Virus record (IMG/VR): IMGVR_UViG_3300037249_000310
Location: 3,997 to 67,996 of that record
Source: a virus
Length of the DNA stretch: 64,000 nt
Strand: one strand, 5' to 3'
Shown here: positions 21,201 through 30,000 of the stretch, one piece after another
How positions within the stretch are numbered: the first letter of the stretch is position 1
How the letters are laid out: each line of letters begins with the position of its first letter
Notes under the pieces: model-generated
Told to the model about the DNA's origin: nothing
Databases searched by the model: none
Seen by the model: the letters and a program-made list of their open reading frames with translations, nothing else
Translations under genes and position numbers: made by a program

Positions 21201-23776
21201 GCATTAACATAAATGCTGATGGTACAGTCACTATTTCTACTGAAGCAGTTAACTCAAACGAAAGTGGACATGAGCGTAGTATTGCATACAGTCTATCTGA
21301 TGTATCGGCTTATGAGCTTGCAGAGCTTGCTAAGCGTGGTATTAATCTTTCAGAACTTACTGAAGATAAAATTAACGTTACTCTTACAGAAGATGCAATG
21401 CTTTCTGCAGTTAAGGGACTTACATATAATCTATCAGGTGTAAACATTACAGATGTATCAGAAGCTACTGCTGAGCTACTGAAGGCTGCAGGTATTCTGT
21501 TATCACAGGACTCAGAAACAGGTAAGTCAGTTGCAACTGTTACTGATGAAGGCTTTATTACTGGTAGTAGAACGCTGTCTGACTTACTTGCAAGCTTAGA
21601 CCCAAGCGTAACAGAGAGATTAGCACCAGCTTTAAAGGATGCATTAGCAGGCTTAGATGCAATAAATGCATTTGGTGCAGCACATGGAGAGAGTAGAATC
21701 GGTTCTGCAGCAGGTGCCGTAGTAGATACAGGCTTCACATCTAAAGATTATTCAACAGCATTAGAACAGGCTTTTGCTAATGCAGGTATTACATTGCAGG
21801 CTGCAACTGATGCTGAGGGTAAAGAAACTGTATATGCTGCAATAAACAATGTTGGTGAGCAGTGGCATAAGGCTATTACACAGTGGAAGACATCAGATGT
21901 AAAACCTGAAATGATGGCTTTCCTTGATGCACTTGGAGCTGAGGTATATAAGTCTGGAGACTACACTATGGTTTCAACTGAAGGCATCCTAGATAAGCTT
22001 GCAAATACAAGTACGTCTAGACTTACTGAAATACTCTTTGATAACTCTGAACTCTGGTCACAGTTCCCTGATGAAACAAAGCAGGCATTTATTGATGCTG
22101 GTCTTGCAACTGAAGATGGCTTTATAACACTAACAGGTGAAGTACTTGATGGCTGGCACAGATATCAGGTTGACGGTCAAACAGCACTGGCTATGGCATT
22201 CAGTGCAATGAATGCTGATACCTATGCAGCGTTTGCAAATCTACAGGGCACAACAATTAAAAGCTATGATGCTTTAACAAATGAAAATAAGTATTGGCTT
22301 AGTCAGCTTGGCATTACATCTGAAGAAGAGTACAATAAGAATGCAGATTCATTAGTACAGCTTGCCACAAACAAAATGGGCTTACTGAATGATGGCGTGA
22401 TGCTTAAATGGAGTGAGCTATCTGCTTCACAGCTTGTACAGTTATTTGAGCTTGGCATCACTTCTGAAGAGCAGTATAATGCAAATATGGACATGCTAAA
22501 AATGGCCTCTGAAAACGGCATGGATATTTTGTATGAAGATACGGTTCTTTCATGGGACCAGTTATCTGCAACTACTATTGAAAAGCTCAATAAAATGGGC
22601 ATAAAGACAGAAGATGACTACAAGGCATACTTAGCAACAATGGATGTAAAGACTGGTGAAGGCTTTAGTACTATTGATGATACAACAGAGAAAAAGTTAG
22701 CTGACCTTGGAGTAACCACTAGCAGTGGTTGGGGCTCAATTAAGCAAGTAACAGATACTACACTATCAGAGACAGAGCACCTTGCATTAGGTCACATGAA
22801 GTTTGAAGATTTACCGGAAGCTGTACAGCAGGCACTTGGTGAGCAAGGCGTTAGAGGTGACTTAAAGGATGCTTGGTTCTATATGAACCAGGATGCAGAT
22901 TCAGCTCTAGGACAGTTTAGTGATACAGTAGATGGTATGGCAGCTGATCTTGACCGTGTGAGAGACTTAGCAACAAAGCTTAAGCAGGCTCTTGCTGATC
23001 CTGGTTTACAAGCAGAAACACTTAATGCAAACCTTGCTGCGACTGCTGCAACGGCACTAGAAGCTGCAAAGAGCAGCAGTAATAAGTGGGCTGAAAAAGG
23101 CGTTGGCACATATGGTAGATCATACTCATATGGTAGAAGCGATAGTGATGAATGGGCTAACTGGAGTAACAATACAAGCATCACTAGTCAGTTAGTTGCT
23201 ATAAATGAGGATAAGCTTGATGCAGCAGGAAATCCAATGGTTTACTACATCTATAATTTAGATGTAAATGGTCAGCCTGGACAGATAATCAAAAACTCAA
23301 ATGGTGTATGGCGTAAGTACTTAGGCACGCTTGATTATAATGCAGACAATGTACCAGCGTTTAAGCTAGGTGGTATGGTTACTGGTGATGGCTTATTTAG
23401 AGCTGGTGAGTTTGGTCTCAATGAAGCAATTGTTCCTCTTGAGCAGCCGCAGGCAATGCATAAGATTGGTAGTGCACTCGCTGCCGCAATACCAGCATAT
23501 GAGCTTGTTGCACCATTAGCTACTATGCTTGGAACACGTGATGGTGGTGTTGCACAATTCAGTAGCTTTAGACGTGAAGAGCCTGAAGCATCAATTGACG
23601 GAATAGTAGAAAAGATACTTGCAGCACAAGCACATAATGCACCACAGCCTAGCTACATGTCTAACTCTGACGATAAGCGTCCATTATATGTAGGTACGCT
23701 AATTGCTGATAAGGCTGGCTTACGTGAGCTGAATAGACAGCTAAAACGAGTTGAAAGACAAAACGGAGGTATTTAA
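12251..23776 (+). CDS. tail tape measure protein (very long, 3841 aa)
   Basis: N-terminal tape-measure domain (FAAYTPF...ALGQILTKGKLAAEEVRQL); C-terminal AFKLGGMVTG...AGE..EAIVPL motif; follows the chaperone. Confidence 0.92.
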   Translation: MSILENITLQMNLDDRKFEREFKSTTDVVNRQMDALTLGASAFEEKWSDITSNIRSVKRVASGLAISAAIYAVTGAITGASSAILAFRNNLEASKISMEYFAKNASQAKEYIRELEDFAAYTPFNTEGAISMAQYLQAMSVPINSSKAVLKVVSDTAAATGATEENMQRIVTALGQILTKGKLAAEEVRQLANANIPIYDILKEQLKLTGQEIKNLGNLNINASKAVVAILDGLNERYKGASEKIANTLGGMTETIKDDALIISEALFHGTIDRFEVKVTKIRDRLDEWRDIALHFGTGGMITAIIEDLDPEGKLNLEQYVMAAVAGFKNLGETIQDFTTHNGNLLKTFSATAYSGIMSITIAADYLLRAFNTVQRAGESLIDIVNRFTGMSLTLSDVVAGLLVFKTVGSTLYFAGNTALWAGKQFVTLGTSLASMIPMVSSANALTQGLTAGLISLGAAALTAYLGLKAVQAATAISDNSSLVTDEYTKSFEAYNEELEKYRDSLNEDYSSIADNWAAQMSGALDDTEKKAKKTAKKIEKTWLMSFDEVFQIREDPITEGLNDELEKFEDIDWGKFFTLPEFRFPKRLIEELEEPTYSLTDAINTAQEEVSILNGFMPALILSTSTIRAAIKNRKNFLDELRKNTPNDPDGGAPDDVLNDRELKAKLDERYKQNAANNRDLVNAIKEYDSIIKDTNTIVSKINDVDKKISTTNSQIHALQFDKATDSTAKQISELQATVKSLQTERASLVAQLPLETRRIQAEEIIAADIHEIKDGLKVISKNQARLGTYTDVNRSGLEAATGFEDAVKLNNILSASYTKLVDISDAAEQHSDSLQRLIKKPDDQLLINAANAAGLRLDTLHDALSSDLAKISDKITKIQSTRSLNSISTDKFYGMIETFGTLTKNELANLGHIISMNNPKEIIEIVKTLPADTDRLLKYMEQYVALVDAFKLPVDRELLGAQEKAAQAIAEYGREFKKYATAYNKWSVQQYAYSNGGRVINTHIEEAESALKEAAQNLINYQEAVRLMQPEVRKSMTLLEELKGVTNNIHGNKSTIGNEYVSNVYSLVREIEKTITGDTVFSTQNPALLRFFERAHKDIIKKLDTIGPGITKTLSIELLNDIKPYIYGDDVDRLMPSTKTSAEYKAEVQRLVAELDKSNIQRGREIISELYKLRLPTDKRNELERAESAFETTAKESLNTKIVDNIYTLEVSKAKSLDIIGEEVRQYLNRPKSPAEIQVYKNIQDIIESATDINKQLYNRLTQAAIHSDNAQKLLNKRGITYKSDIDEIFERSGIAKYFAENAETEGVNNSFHAQLERATQVVMQKSDVNRLIADIKTRGAKLEDIIAKLADELRSLGIPNNDVLNELAQIAQGDHPTFNLEKIIADLNASNDVKNAVGSIEAFQANLKSGAYGTQISEDAARVLARPWNTTKLEELQQHILNLADKQLELAAVVKKFYDQSMLKTKDLTLKIDAASVQKLATEYRDILNERLQLFTDEITKNDIKTSFEKLEEMYAKSSTNGTANTVDFKALTGADIESKVATESAYIYQDLYRKLGILSSPSSAALANLRLGLFEGSITEQGTTAQSAIQHMLMGGLSDEIAVSTNQLIQRGMGEAFNTRLRSVLDDIFKGAVYQGATGADVTGQLGVKLSDIVQVGKKTYGLVQRILISDKANKAILNKITTSQKRTTQGIEFIKLDLDAFVKEYKAIAPDVVSKVVSDIVGAPKLKGMVLSFFDASVSAFDPIRDAVNVAKQSLVGTPEEQIERIKNVVADKMLTGPTNDAYSKNMYNLLITYSKEQREAYTAMYKEQAQLIKDAVNVLTIARLNKIDIPLDTTTLLGTTATTATRYSTIDVRDISDAGELFKEALDSNAEKTPEMVEAIETLQKRLSTFSRYVRNITDYSIKKGELISLRNELAGFKEQLQLGQLMPTRTTGIPGDTEGTIYNFALSTLSDDMKKALSTTLDDAEKLIDKVVPATLVTYNDVSSRIIRTINAAIDSGKDIQVQLNMLDTDFQILIKAAEKLEHAYGLDNTISKMWQGLRTNWNFDMLKVADPFRYLNLEETVGKMVADLTAKTNSLPKLTTITNKGLLTELTQQDTNPLNLTEELSDLDIKRLKELKKNYRDTIKDAAKTSQPVVGSGVKVPVIGLSEQAALNSTLDSEAVNAALKILMSQAADKSGQSSAKEAIDAASKGTASAGPALPDNKQTVFIVKIKDAIDDVFDDWTFNDWTLNEWKNEVEATSLRYLARQNAAAEAWEAARKAAEPEAFTQDIDELIKEVKEAYSARTGKPDAFTQDIDELIKEVKEAYASHVNYDKVATDSFESFKNSDEFSEFFKDFGKNLDDTYIDPTIKARQYMDSITKSSGLTNNKWANLALAGDTDALDALRPTMSTEEAMKFTDAFKDFYKDWDDNALNAALRGDSFGEFATADEFGKAFEEHLKEAFGDSFDDFEEKVFAANNETLTKGPLAARAYADFANALQNNSFVNKMLMPNDLGLTGIDYAAALQRSVEALSTGAEETMAAQQRWQDINSKYAIQGLDRKGEVDTNGNAVDLLDAAEVGGWSLLIEGALTSILSSAITGAVAGSTTAPGVGTVAGTIAGLVAATAASVGMALTGSFDYSNIASEEIKEMLNNTDFAYSQAKQQGASDKEAREMQNKIARDLYLQYYNDMSSFWSMYDKADIKALSGSRHATNEYGTGASVVAFREAIAELTGNKTNLHRYTPNEDSNIQYLADEAGNIQAVAYDIEKVYQQLYTLYTTGGMQNIEDYNNKSWFGKLKSGFDGTGLTTLESDWMWNLKDVDKLTKARMDDLFKLEIDAAEYIKTHGEEQVKSLLAAYDISANNMQQMIEGIINLYNRSVEMFNQTIEAKAAYINAGTVGTVDLDAISAGTGTVSRLLQGDLSGVDTQYLDALADATGIYINAMSDTLYSLTADIADVRDKMTGFTVTFPDTIKVGSDTIEVKSILSDTDAVEILNGMGININADGTVTISTEAVNSNESGHERSIAYSLSDVSAYELAELAKRGINLSELTEDKINVTLTEDAMLSAVKGLTYNLSGVNITDVSEATAELLKAAGILLSQDSETGKSVATVTDEGFITGSRTLSDLLASLDPSVTERLAPALKDALAGLDAINAFGAAHGESRIGSAAGAVVDTGFTSKDYSTALEQAFANAGITLQAATDAEGKETVYAAINNVGEQWHKAITQWKTSDVKPEMMAFLDALGAEVYKSGDYTMVSTEGILDKLANTSTSRLTEILFDNSELWSQFPDETKQAFIDAGLATEDGFITLTGEVLDGWHRYQVDGQTALAMAFSAMNADTYAAFANLQGTTIKSYDALTNENKYWLSQLGITSEEEYNKNADSLVQLATNKMGLLNDGVMLKWSELSASQLVQLFELGITSEEQYNANMDMLKMASENGMDILYEDTVLSWDQLSATTIEKLNKMGIKTEDDYKAYLATMDVKTGEGFSTIDDTTEKKLADLGVTTSSGWGSIKQVTDTTLSETEHLALGHMKFEDLPEAVQQALGEQGVRGDLKDAWFYMNQDADSALGQFSDTVDGMAADLDRVRDLATKLKQALADPGLQAETLNANLAATAATALEAAKSSSNKWAEKGVGTYGRSYSYGRSDSDEWANWSNNTSITSQLVAINEDKLDAAGNPMVYYIYNLDVNGQPGQIIKNSNGVWRKYLGTLDYNADNVPAFKLGGMVTGDGLFRAGEFGLNEAIVPLEQPQAMHKIGSALAAAIPAYELVAPLATMLGTRDGGVAQFSSFRREEPEASIDGIVEKILAAQAHNAPQPSYMSNSDDKRPLYVGTLIADKAGLRELNRQLKRVERQNGGI
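19057..19189 (+). repeat. 75-bp-period in-frame duplication in the tape measure gene (PxAFTQDIDELIKEVKEAY x2)
   Basis: Two near-identical copies starting at 19057 and 19132. Confidence 0.9.
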
Positions 23777-23777
23777 T

Positions 23778-24173
23778 ATGGCTTATAATAAGTTTAAAAT
23801 TAATGGTGTATATATTAAGGACCCTAAGCAGTTTAAAATCTCAAACTACAAAACATCCTCACTGGCTAGATTAGCCAGTGGTAGGATGGTAGGTGACCAG
23901 CTTGGTCGTGAACGTAAGTTATATTTTACATATGACGCCATTACTGCAAAGGACCTTCAGGTTATTCTTGATGCAATCTTCTGGAATGAAGGTATGTTTT
24001 TCCCCGTAGAGTATATAGAGAGTATAGGTGGTGCAGCTCCAATTGTTAGGACCATGACCTGCTACGTTGGTGAAATTTCACAGGACCTAGTTAGAGACAA
24101 TCAGGCAGTAGATAGTCAGTGGGTCTGGAAAAATGTAAACTTTAATTTAATTTCACAGTTTAACTGTGAATAA
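23778..24173 (+). CDS. distal tail protein (DUF6711-like)
   Basis: FKINGV..KDP, RLASGRMVGD, MTCYVG, W.NVNFNLI; immediately after the tape measure gene. Confidence 0.75.
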   Translation: MAYNKFKINGVYIKDPKQFKISNYKTSSLARLASGRMVGDQLGRERKLYFTYDAITAKDLQVILDAIFWNEGMFFPVEYIESIGGAAPIVRTMTCYVGEISQDLVRDNQAVDSQWVWKNVNFNLISQFNCE

Positions 24174-24183
24174 GGAGGTCAGT

Positions 24184-27021
24184 ATGCATAGAGTACCAGA
24201 TTGGTATCTTGCTAAGGGTAAGGCAGATAGCAGACAAATAATTCTGCATATATATTTATACCCAGAGAATAATACAAGTACATTTCTGCTACTGCATAGT
24301 AATGATATAGCTGACTATGATGTAGTTAAGGAGCTTCAGGATACTGGAGTTCCTTGCTCATATATTGGGCAGTCGTCGGCAACAATTAAAATATATAATG
24401 AAAATAAGCGCTTCTATACAGAAGAGTTTAAACGCTATATTGCACGTGGCGTTAAAGTTGAAATAGAAACTGGCTACTACAGTAGTAATGATGTAGCTAC
24501 ACGAATCTTATTTCAAACAAGAATGTTCACAGGCTGGATAGATAGCTTTGACTTTGATGAGTATGGCGAGTTTGTCACAATTAATGCATATGACTCACTG
24601 CATTATTTACGCAATCAGCCATCACCAAAGTTTAGAGCGTCGGCAGATAAGGCACTACCGTTATGTGACCTGATAACATACTACCTTGAATTATGTGGTC
24701 TTGAAGAGGTTAGTACAGTAGAGGGTGCTGAGACGATTTGGCACATGGGCTATCAGGTAGATAGCAATATAACTGCTTCTACTCGTCCGTTACTTAAAGC
24801 ATCAGGAACAATTGGTGATGTACTAACGAACATTGCTCAGGCTGGAATATGCGCTATCTACTGTGACGCTTTTGATGTATTGCAGGTGCAGCTAGTTCCT
24901 AGAACACGACATCTTGTATATACCTTTGATGACTTAACTCAGGTATTCAGTAGTGCCTCATCTACGCTAGGCTATGAAGATTATACGCACGTTAATGTTA
25001 ATGCATATGATACGTGCACTAATGAAGATTATACACTTAAAAGAACTGAGCAGGTATACTATGAATCTGAAATGTTCTGCATTGCAGGTAGTAATGAGTA
25101 TAATAATCTATCTATGGATGATAGCGTATTTCCAACTGTTATATGCATTATGTCTGATGAATATATGGCTATGCCAAACAATACAGCAGCAGAATTAGCT
25201 GTAAATGGTAAAGGACCAAAAGTAGGGGCTAATGAAATGCCAATGCTTGGTGCTTATATTTATGTATCTGGCTATGACTACTCAATGGATAAAATAGACA
25301 TTAAGCTATGGGCTGCTAAAGGCATGATAGTTGATTTTTCAGTATATGCCTATAATGAAGGCCGCACAGTAGGTACAGTAGCTGAGTCAGTAGATAGTGA
25401 GTACAGCCCATCATTTTTCTTAATGAAAAAGATACTTGAAGTAGACTGTCCATTAATATCTGATAAAGCTTACGCACAACAATGCGCTAATACTTACGCC
25501 AAGCTAATAGAACAGGGTGCGAATAAAATAGATTCAAGTGTACGTGGTGAACCGGCTTTGGAGCTATTGGACCTTGTAGCTATCTTAAATCCCCGTGCTG
25601 CTCATGATAGTGAACAGGTGCTTGTTACGCGCTTTCACTATACATATGATGGATCTCTTAAATGTGATATAGAAGCAATAAGCTACTCAAGTGTACTATT
25701 GCTAACGTATGCATTTCTTGGTCCAGGCTTTTATATACCGTATGACCCAGGTGCTATATACATAACAGCATATTGTGATCCAGTAGATGCTGGCCTTGTT
25801 GATGGTGCTGGTGCTTATGCATATGGCGATGTAACGCGTATATCAGTCGCTGCGGCAACGGGCTGGGAGATAGATCACTGGGAAGATACAGATGGTGTTC
25901 AATACTCAAGTGGTGGAACATTGGTAGAGCCTGTTGAAGGGCCAAAAACATATATTGCTGTAATGAAGGCAACTAATACATTCTGCAGATTTACAGTAGA
26001 TGTACCAGTAGATAATTTAGCAGTCACTGTGCCAGTTATGAGCTTAACACCTGTTAATATAGGAACAATTGACTGGGGTGATGGAACAGTAGAGACCTAT
26101 GATCCACAGGTTGAATATGACCATATATATCCAATTCCTGGAACAGCTGAAATTACTCTACAAGCACCTATAGAGAATATGCCATTTGAAATATTCAGAA
26201 ACAATACACAAATAAATCACTTTACGTTTGGTAGTGATATAAAGTATATACCACTGGGTATGTTCTATAATTCTTCACTAAAGAGCATAAACATGCTTGC
26301 ACCAAATGAGTTGATAGTTTCTTCAAACTATATACAGTCTGCAAATTATGCAGTTCCTGCACAGGCTTTCCATAGGTCTGGAGACCTTGGCTGGGCTGGT
26401 ACACCAAATAATGCACCTTTGGATATTTTACCAAGCTTTAATAATAACATATACTATAATGCAATTCAGATAAAAGCAGTCAATAATTATTTTACAACAA
26501 ACGATGCTACAATACATGTCCCTACTTACTATGCTGGTAGAAAGGTCAAGGATGCCGAAATAATAGAGCCAGCAGTATCTGGACAGCCTAATACATGCAC
26601 ATATAGTGCAGACGGTAATCTGGATAGAGTAGATATACTTAATGCTGGCCTTATATCTCACTTTGCAATAAATGGATTTGTGAATACACTTAATCATCAG
26701 TATAATGATACTTCATGGTTACAGGCACCAGCACATGCACTTAATTTAAGTAACGTACGACAGATAATACAGCCAAAATCAAATGCTAGTGAGTTGCATT
26801 TAGATGCAGATGTAGTAACACTCAATACCTTAGTGAACTATCCATCATTGACAGATATTTATATTGGTGATACAACACAGCATTTACGCGTTGAAAATCT
26901 AAATATTGAGATAGCAGAACCAGGTAGCATTAATTTACATGTTCCTAATTCACTCTCTGATATTCAGATTATCAACAACAAGGCAGATGTAAACATTATA
27001 GTAGATGAGGAGGATGCATAA
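24184..27021 (+). CDS. tail tip/hub protein with C-terminal Ig/PKD-like and BspA-type LRR segments
   Basis: Hub-like N-terminus (MFTGWID, TINAYDSL, RGEPALELLD); GAGAYAYG...GWEIDHW repeat-like segment; IDWGDGT PKD motif; IPLGMFYNSSLKSI LRR-like. Confidence 0.75.
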   Translation: MHRVPDWYLAKGKADSRQIILHIYLYPENNTSTFLLLHSNDIADYDVVKELQDTGVPCSYIGQSSATIKIYNENKRFYTEEFKRYIARGVKVEIETGYYSSNDVATRILFQTRMFTGWIDSFDFDEYGEFVTINAYDSLHYLRNQPSPKFRASADKALPLCDLITYYLELCGLEEVSTVEGAETIWHMGYQVDSNITASTRPLLKASGTIGDVLTNIAQAGICAIYCDAFDVLQVQLVPRTRHLVYTFDDLTQVFSSASSTLGYEDYTHVNVNAYDTCTNEDYTLKRTEQVYYESEMFCIAGSNEYNNLSMDDSVFPTVICIMSDEYMAMPNNTAAELAVNGKGPKVGANEMPMLGAYIYVSGYDYSMDKIDIKLWAAKGMIVDFSVYAYNEGRTVGTVAESVDSEYSPSFFLMKKILEVDCPLISDKAYAQQCANTYAKLIEQGANKIDSSVRGEPALELLDLVAILNPRAAHDSEQVLVTRFHYTYDGSLKCDIEAISYSSVLLLTYAFLGPGFYIPYDPGAIYITAYCDPVDAGLVDGAGAYAYGDVTRISVAAATGWEIDHWEDTDGVQYSSGGTLVEPVEGPKTYIAVMKATNTFCRFTVDVPVDNLAVTVPVMSLTPVNIGTIDWGDGTVETYDPQVEYDHIYPIPGTAEITLQAPIENMPFEIFRNNTQINHFTFGSDIKYIPLGMFYNSSLKSINMLAPNELIVSSNYIQSANYAVPAQAFHRSGDLGWAGTPNNAPLDILPSFNNNIYYNAIQIKAVNNYFTTNDATIHVPTYYAGRKVKDAEIIEPAVSGQPNTCTYSADGNLDRVDILNAGLISHFAINGFVNTLNHQYNDTSWLQAPAHALNLSNVRQIIQPKSNASELHLDADVVTLNTLVNYPSLTDIYIGDTTQHLRVENLNIEIAEPGSINLHVPNSLSDIQIINNKADVNIIVDEEDA

Positions 27022-30000
27022 TGACGAAAATGAAAATGCCTGCATGGGCTTTTAACTACAATTCTACATATTCTGCAACTTACTCAGATGTAGGAAATTG
27101 TAGTGTATATAGTCCATATACTGCATATATGTCACTTAATAGTGCTATAAATAAACAGCAGATGCCGGCTTTTGTACGAAATGCAAAGATGGGCTGCTGC
27201 GGAAATGGTATTATGTTTTATGGCTATCCAGCCGCTTCAAATACATACAAAGAGCTTACACAAGTATGGGCAATGGCAATTCCGGATTCGATGGCATGGC
27301 CAGTAGGTCTTTTAACACTTGGTATTTCTATAGTTGTCCCGAGCCCACCTGATTTTGTTAACCCAGGACCATCATTTATGCTCAATTCATGCTTGTACAT
27401 TGATACTGATCATATACTTAAGTATGGGCATACATATCGCGGCACTGGGGTTCCACCACAGATGGTTCATAATTTTGGTATAGATATGTCAGCATATATG
27501 TATCCTAACACAGTACAACCAACTGATGCATACTGTGGTCATATGTATGCATTTATGTATAATACAGCCAGCAATGAATATGAGTTATTTGTAGACAACA
27601 CTGCTAATGCCATTGCAAACATCAATAAGGCTTTAATGATAGGCTGTGGCCTAGAAATAATGAATATGTCAATATACAATGAAAGTCTGCAGCATTTAGA
27701 AAATGCAGTATATAATGGATACTACTGTACTGGTGTTGGAGCTTATTTCTCTAACTGGTCAGGTACCCCAAATCCTAGCAGTCAAGGAAATGTATACATG
27801 TCTGATTGGTATGGCTGGGTAGAATCATATAATAGCACAGTACTCAATGATTTGCTTACTTTTAACTGGTCCCAAGCTAGGCCTGTGATATCTAACAGTA
27901 GCCTTGGTACCTTTGATTTATGTCATAATCTACGCCAGGTTATAGTACCAGGTGCACTTAAGGATATCCCTCCGTACTTTATAAACAGTAGTAATCTAAC
28001 TTCTATTACATTTCAAAATGGTGTAAATAATATAGGTGCTTTAGCAATAAGAAGTGCGAGCGACTTAGCTGTTACTATACCACGTTCTGTACACTTTGTA
28101 AGCACTGATGCTGTTAATAGTCCAAATATTAATCTATCACCAGTGACACATAATATGCCACTACATAATAATATGTTCAATGGTATTAATGCATACTCTT
28201 TTTATGAGCAGCCAGAGCGCCTAGTAGTAGAAAACATGCCTACAAAGCAACTACGCCCTATGCACTATGCATACAAAGATAATGTTGACATATATCCATC
28301 TATACTATACTCAGAAGTAAATGATTTATACAGTTCACCGAGTGGAATATCAATGCAATATAATCAGGCTAATATTACACAAGCCGGTGATACTTATGCA
28401 CTTACATGGAACAATATAAATACCTCAATAATCTTTGATGATCCAAACGTTTATAAAGGTTCGCATACTAACACTGTTATTGCTACACCATTTAATATGA
28501 CTAATGATGGCTTTGATGTTAAAGTGCGTAGTCTTGAGTTTACAGACTTATGCATAGAAACACATTGTACATTTTTAAATACGCCTTTTATTGTTACAAA
28601 CATAAATGATAATTTACGTTGCTCAATTGTTGGTTGCTTGCTTAATAATGTTGATACAGTTGAAATACCTGATATCATAGATAATGCATACATAGTAGAA
28701 AATATATGCCTCAATCAGCCGTTTCCATCTGGAGAGGCAGATGCACAGTATGCTTTAGGAGCCCCTATCGTACCTAATATTAATATAAAAGTACCTTATC
28801 TACTACAAAACAATAATGAGTATCTTGCAGGTCAGGTGCAGATACATACTACGCCTGGTGCTTATGACTTTGCACCTTTCTGTAATATTCATATACATGA
28901 TGGACATGCAGTTCGCTTAACAGCTAATGGTGCGTATACATCTCAGGTACCAAATAGACGAATAGTAGTATCAAATGTAAACAGAGTGGCTGCAGGTGGC
29001 CTATCAGTTTATAATGTTGCCTTCGAAAATTGCTACAACGTTGTTGGTTATCCGTATATGGGTCTAAGTGGCATTAAGCAGGTTCCAGTTGATATCAATA
29101 TGCTATGCAATAACTATATAGTTTTAGGAGGCAACTATGAAAGTGTAGACTTTTCTACTTTAACAGAGCTACGCTTTAACCATACGCGTCATTGTGTTAC
29201 AGGCAATTTACTAAGTCCAATGTTTGGCAAAAATATTCAGACGGCTCTTTTATTAGAAGATAATGAAGAAGCAGACGTTGTGCATGGATGGAGTAATGCT
29301 ATTGCATATCCATACCATAATATAGCTGAAAAAGCTGCACTACGCAATCTAGCCAATTATTGCGGATACTCCACTATGGTCGGTGTTCCTACTCCAAACT
29401 ATGACTCATCTTATGGTGTAAAGACAAGTGGTTGTATACTTTATAATTGTACTTTGCCAGCTGATATCTTTATGCATGATGTTGATGGTAAATATGGTAG
29501 CTATAACTATATGCCTCTTGAATTAAATACATGCCACGGAGACATAAATATTCACTATGAAGGTTATATGCTAGGTAGATGCAACGTAAAGAATCATGAT
29601 GGTGAGATAAACTGCTTTATAAATAGTACATTATTGGCAAGTCATAGTACCAGTGATATATTCAATAATTGTCACATAAATCAGCTATGTACGAATATGT
29701 TTATGCCTACACATATAAGCCCAAGAAATGTAGTGGCTAATTACTGGCGAGCTTATACTAATGTATCAGGCATGTGGCTTGCAGCTACTGCATGCACTAT
29801 GCAAAATATTTGTATTAATGACAATATTACTATGCTATTTTTAAACAACTGTACAGTAGAGCATATTGAAAATCCTAGTGGTGTAGTTTCTGGCCTGCTC
29901 TTAATCAACTGTACTTTTAATACTCCAATAAATCATGTAATAGCAAACATAGCAAATTGTGTGCATATGAATAAGGTCAATGCGTTGGCAGATACTGAGC

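Noticed and set aside
12568-23184. Many antisense ORFs of 60-160 aa within the tape measure and other genes
   Set aside because: They are shadows of plus-strand codon usage, with no RBS or motifs noticed.
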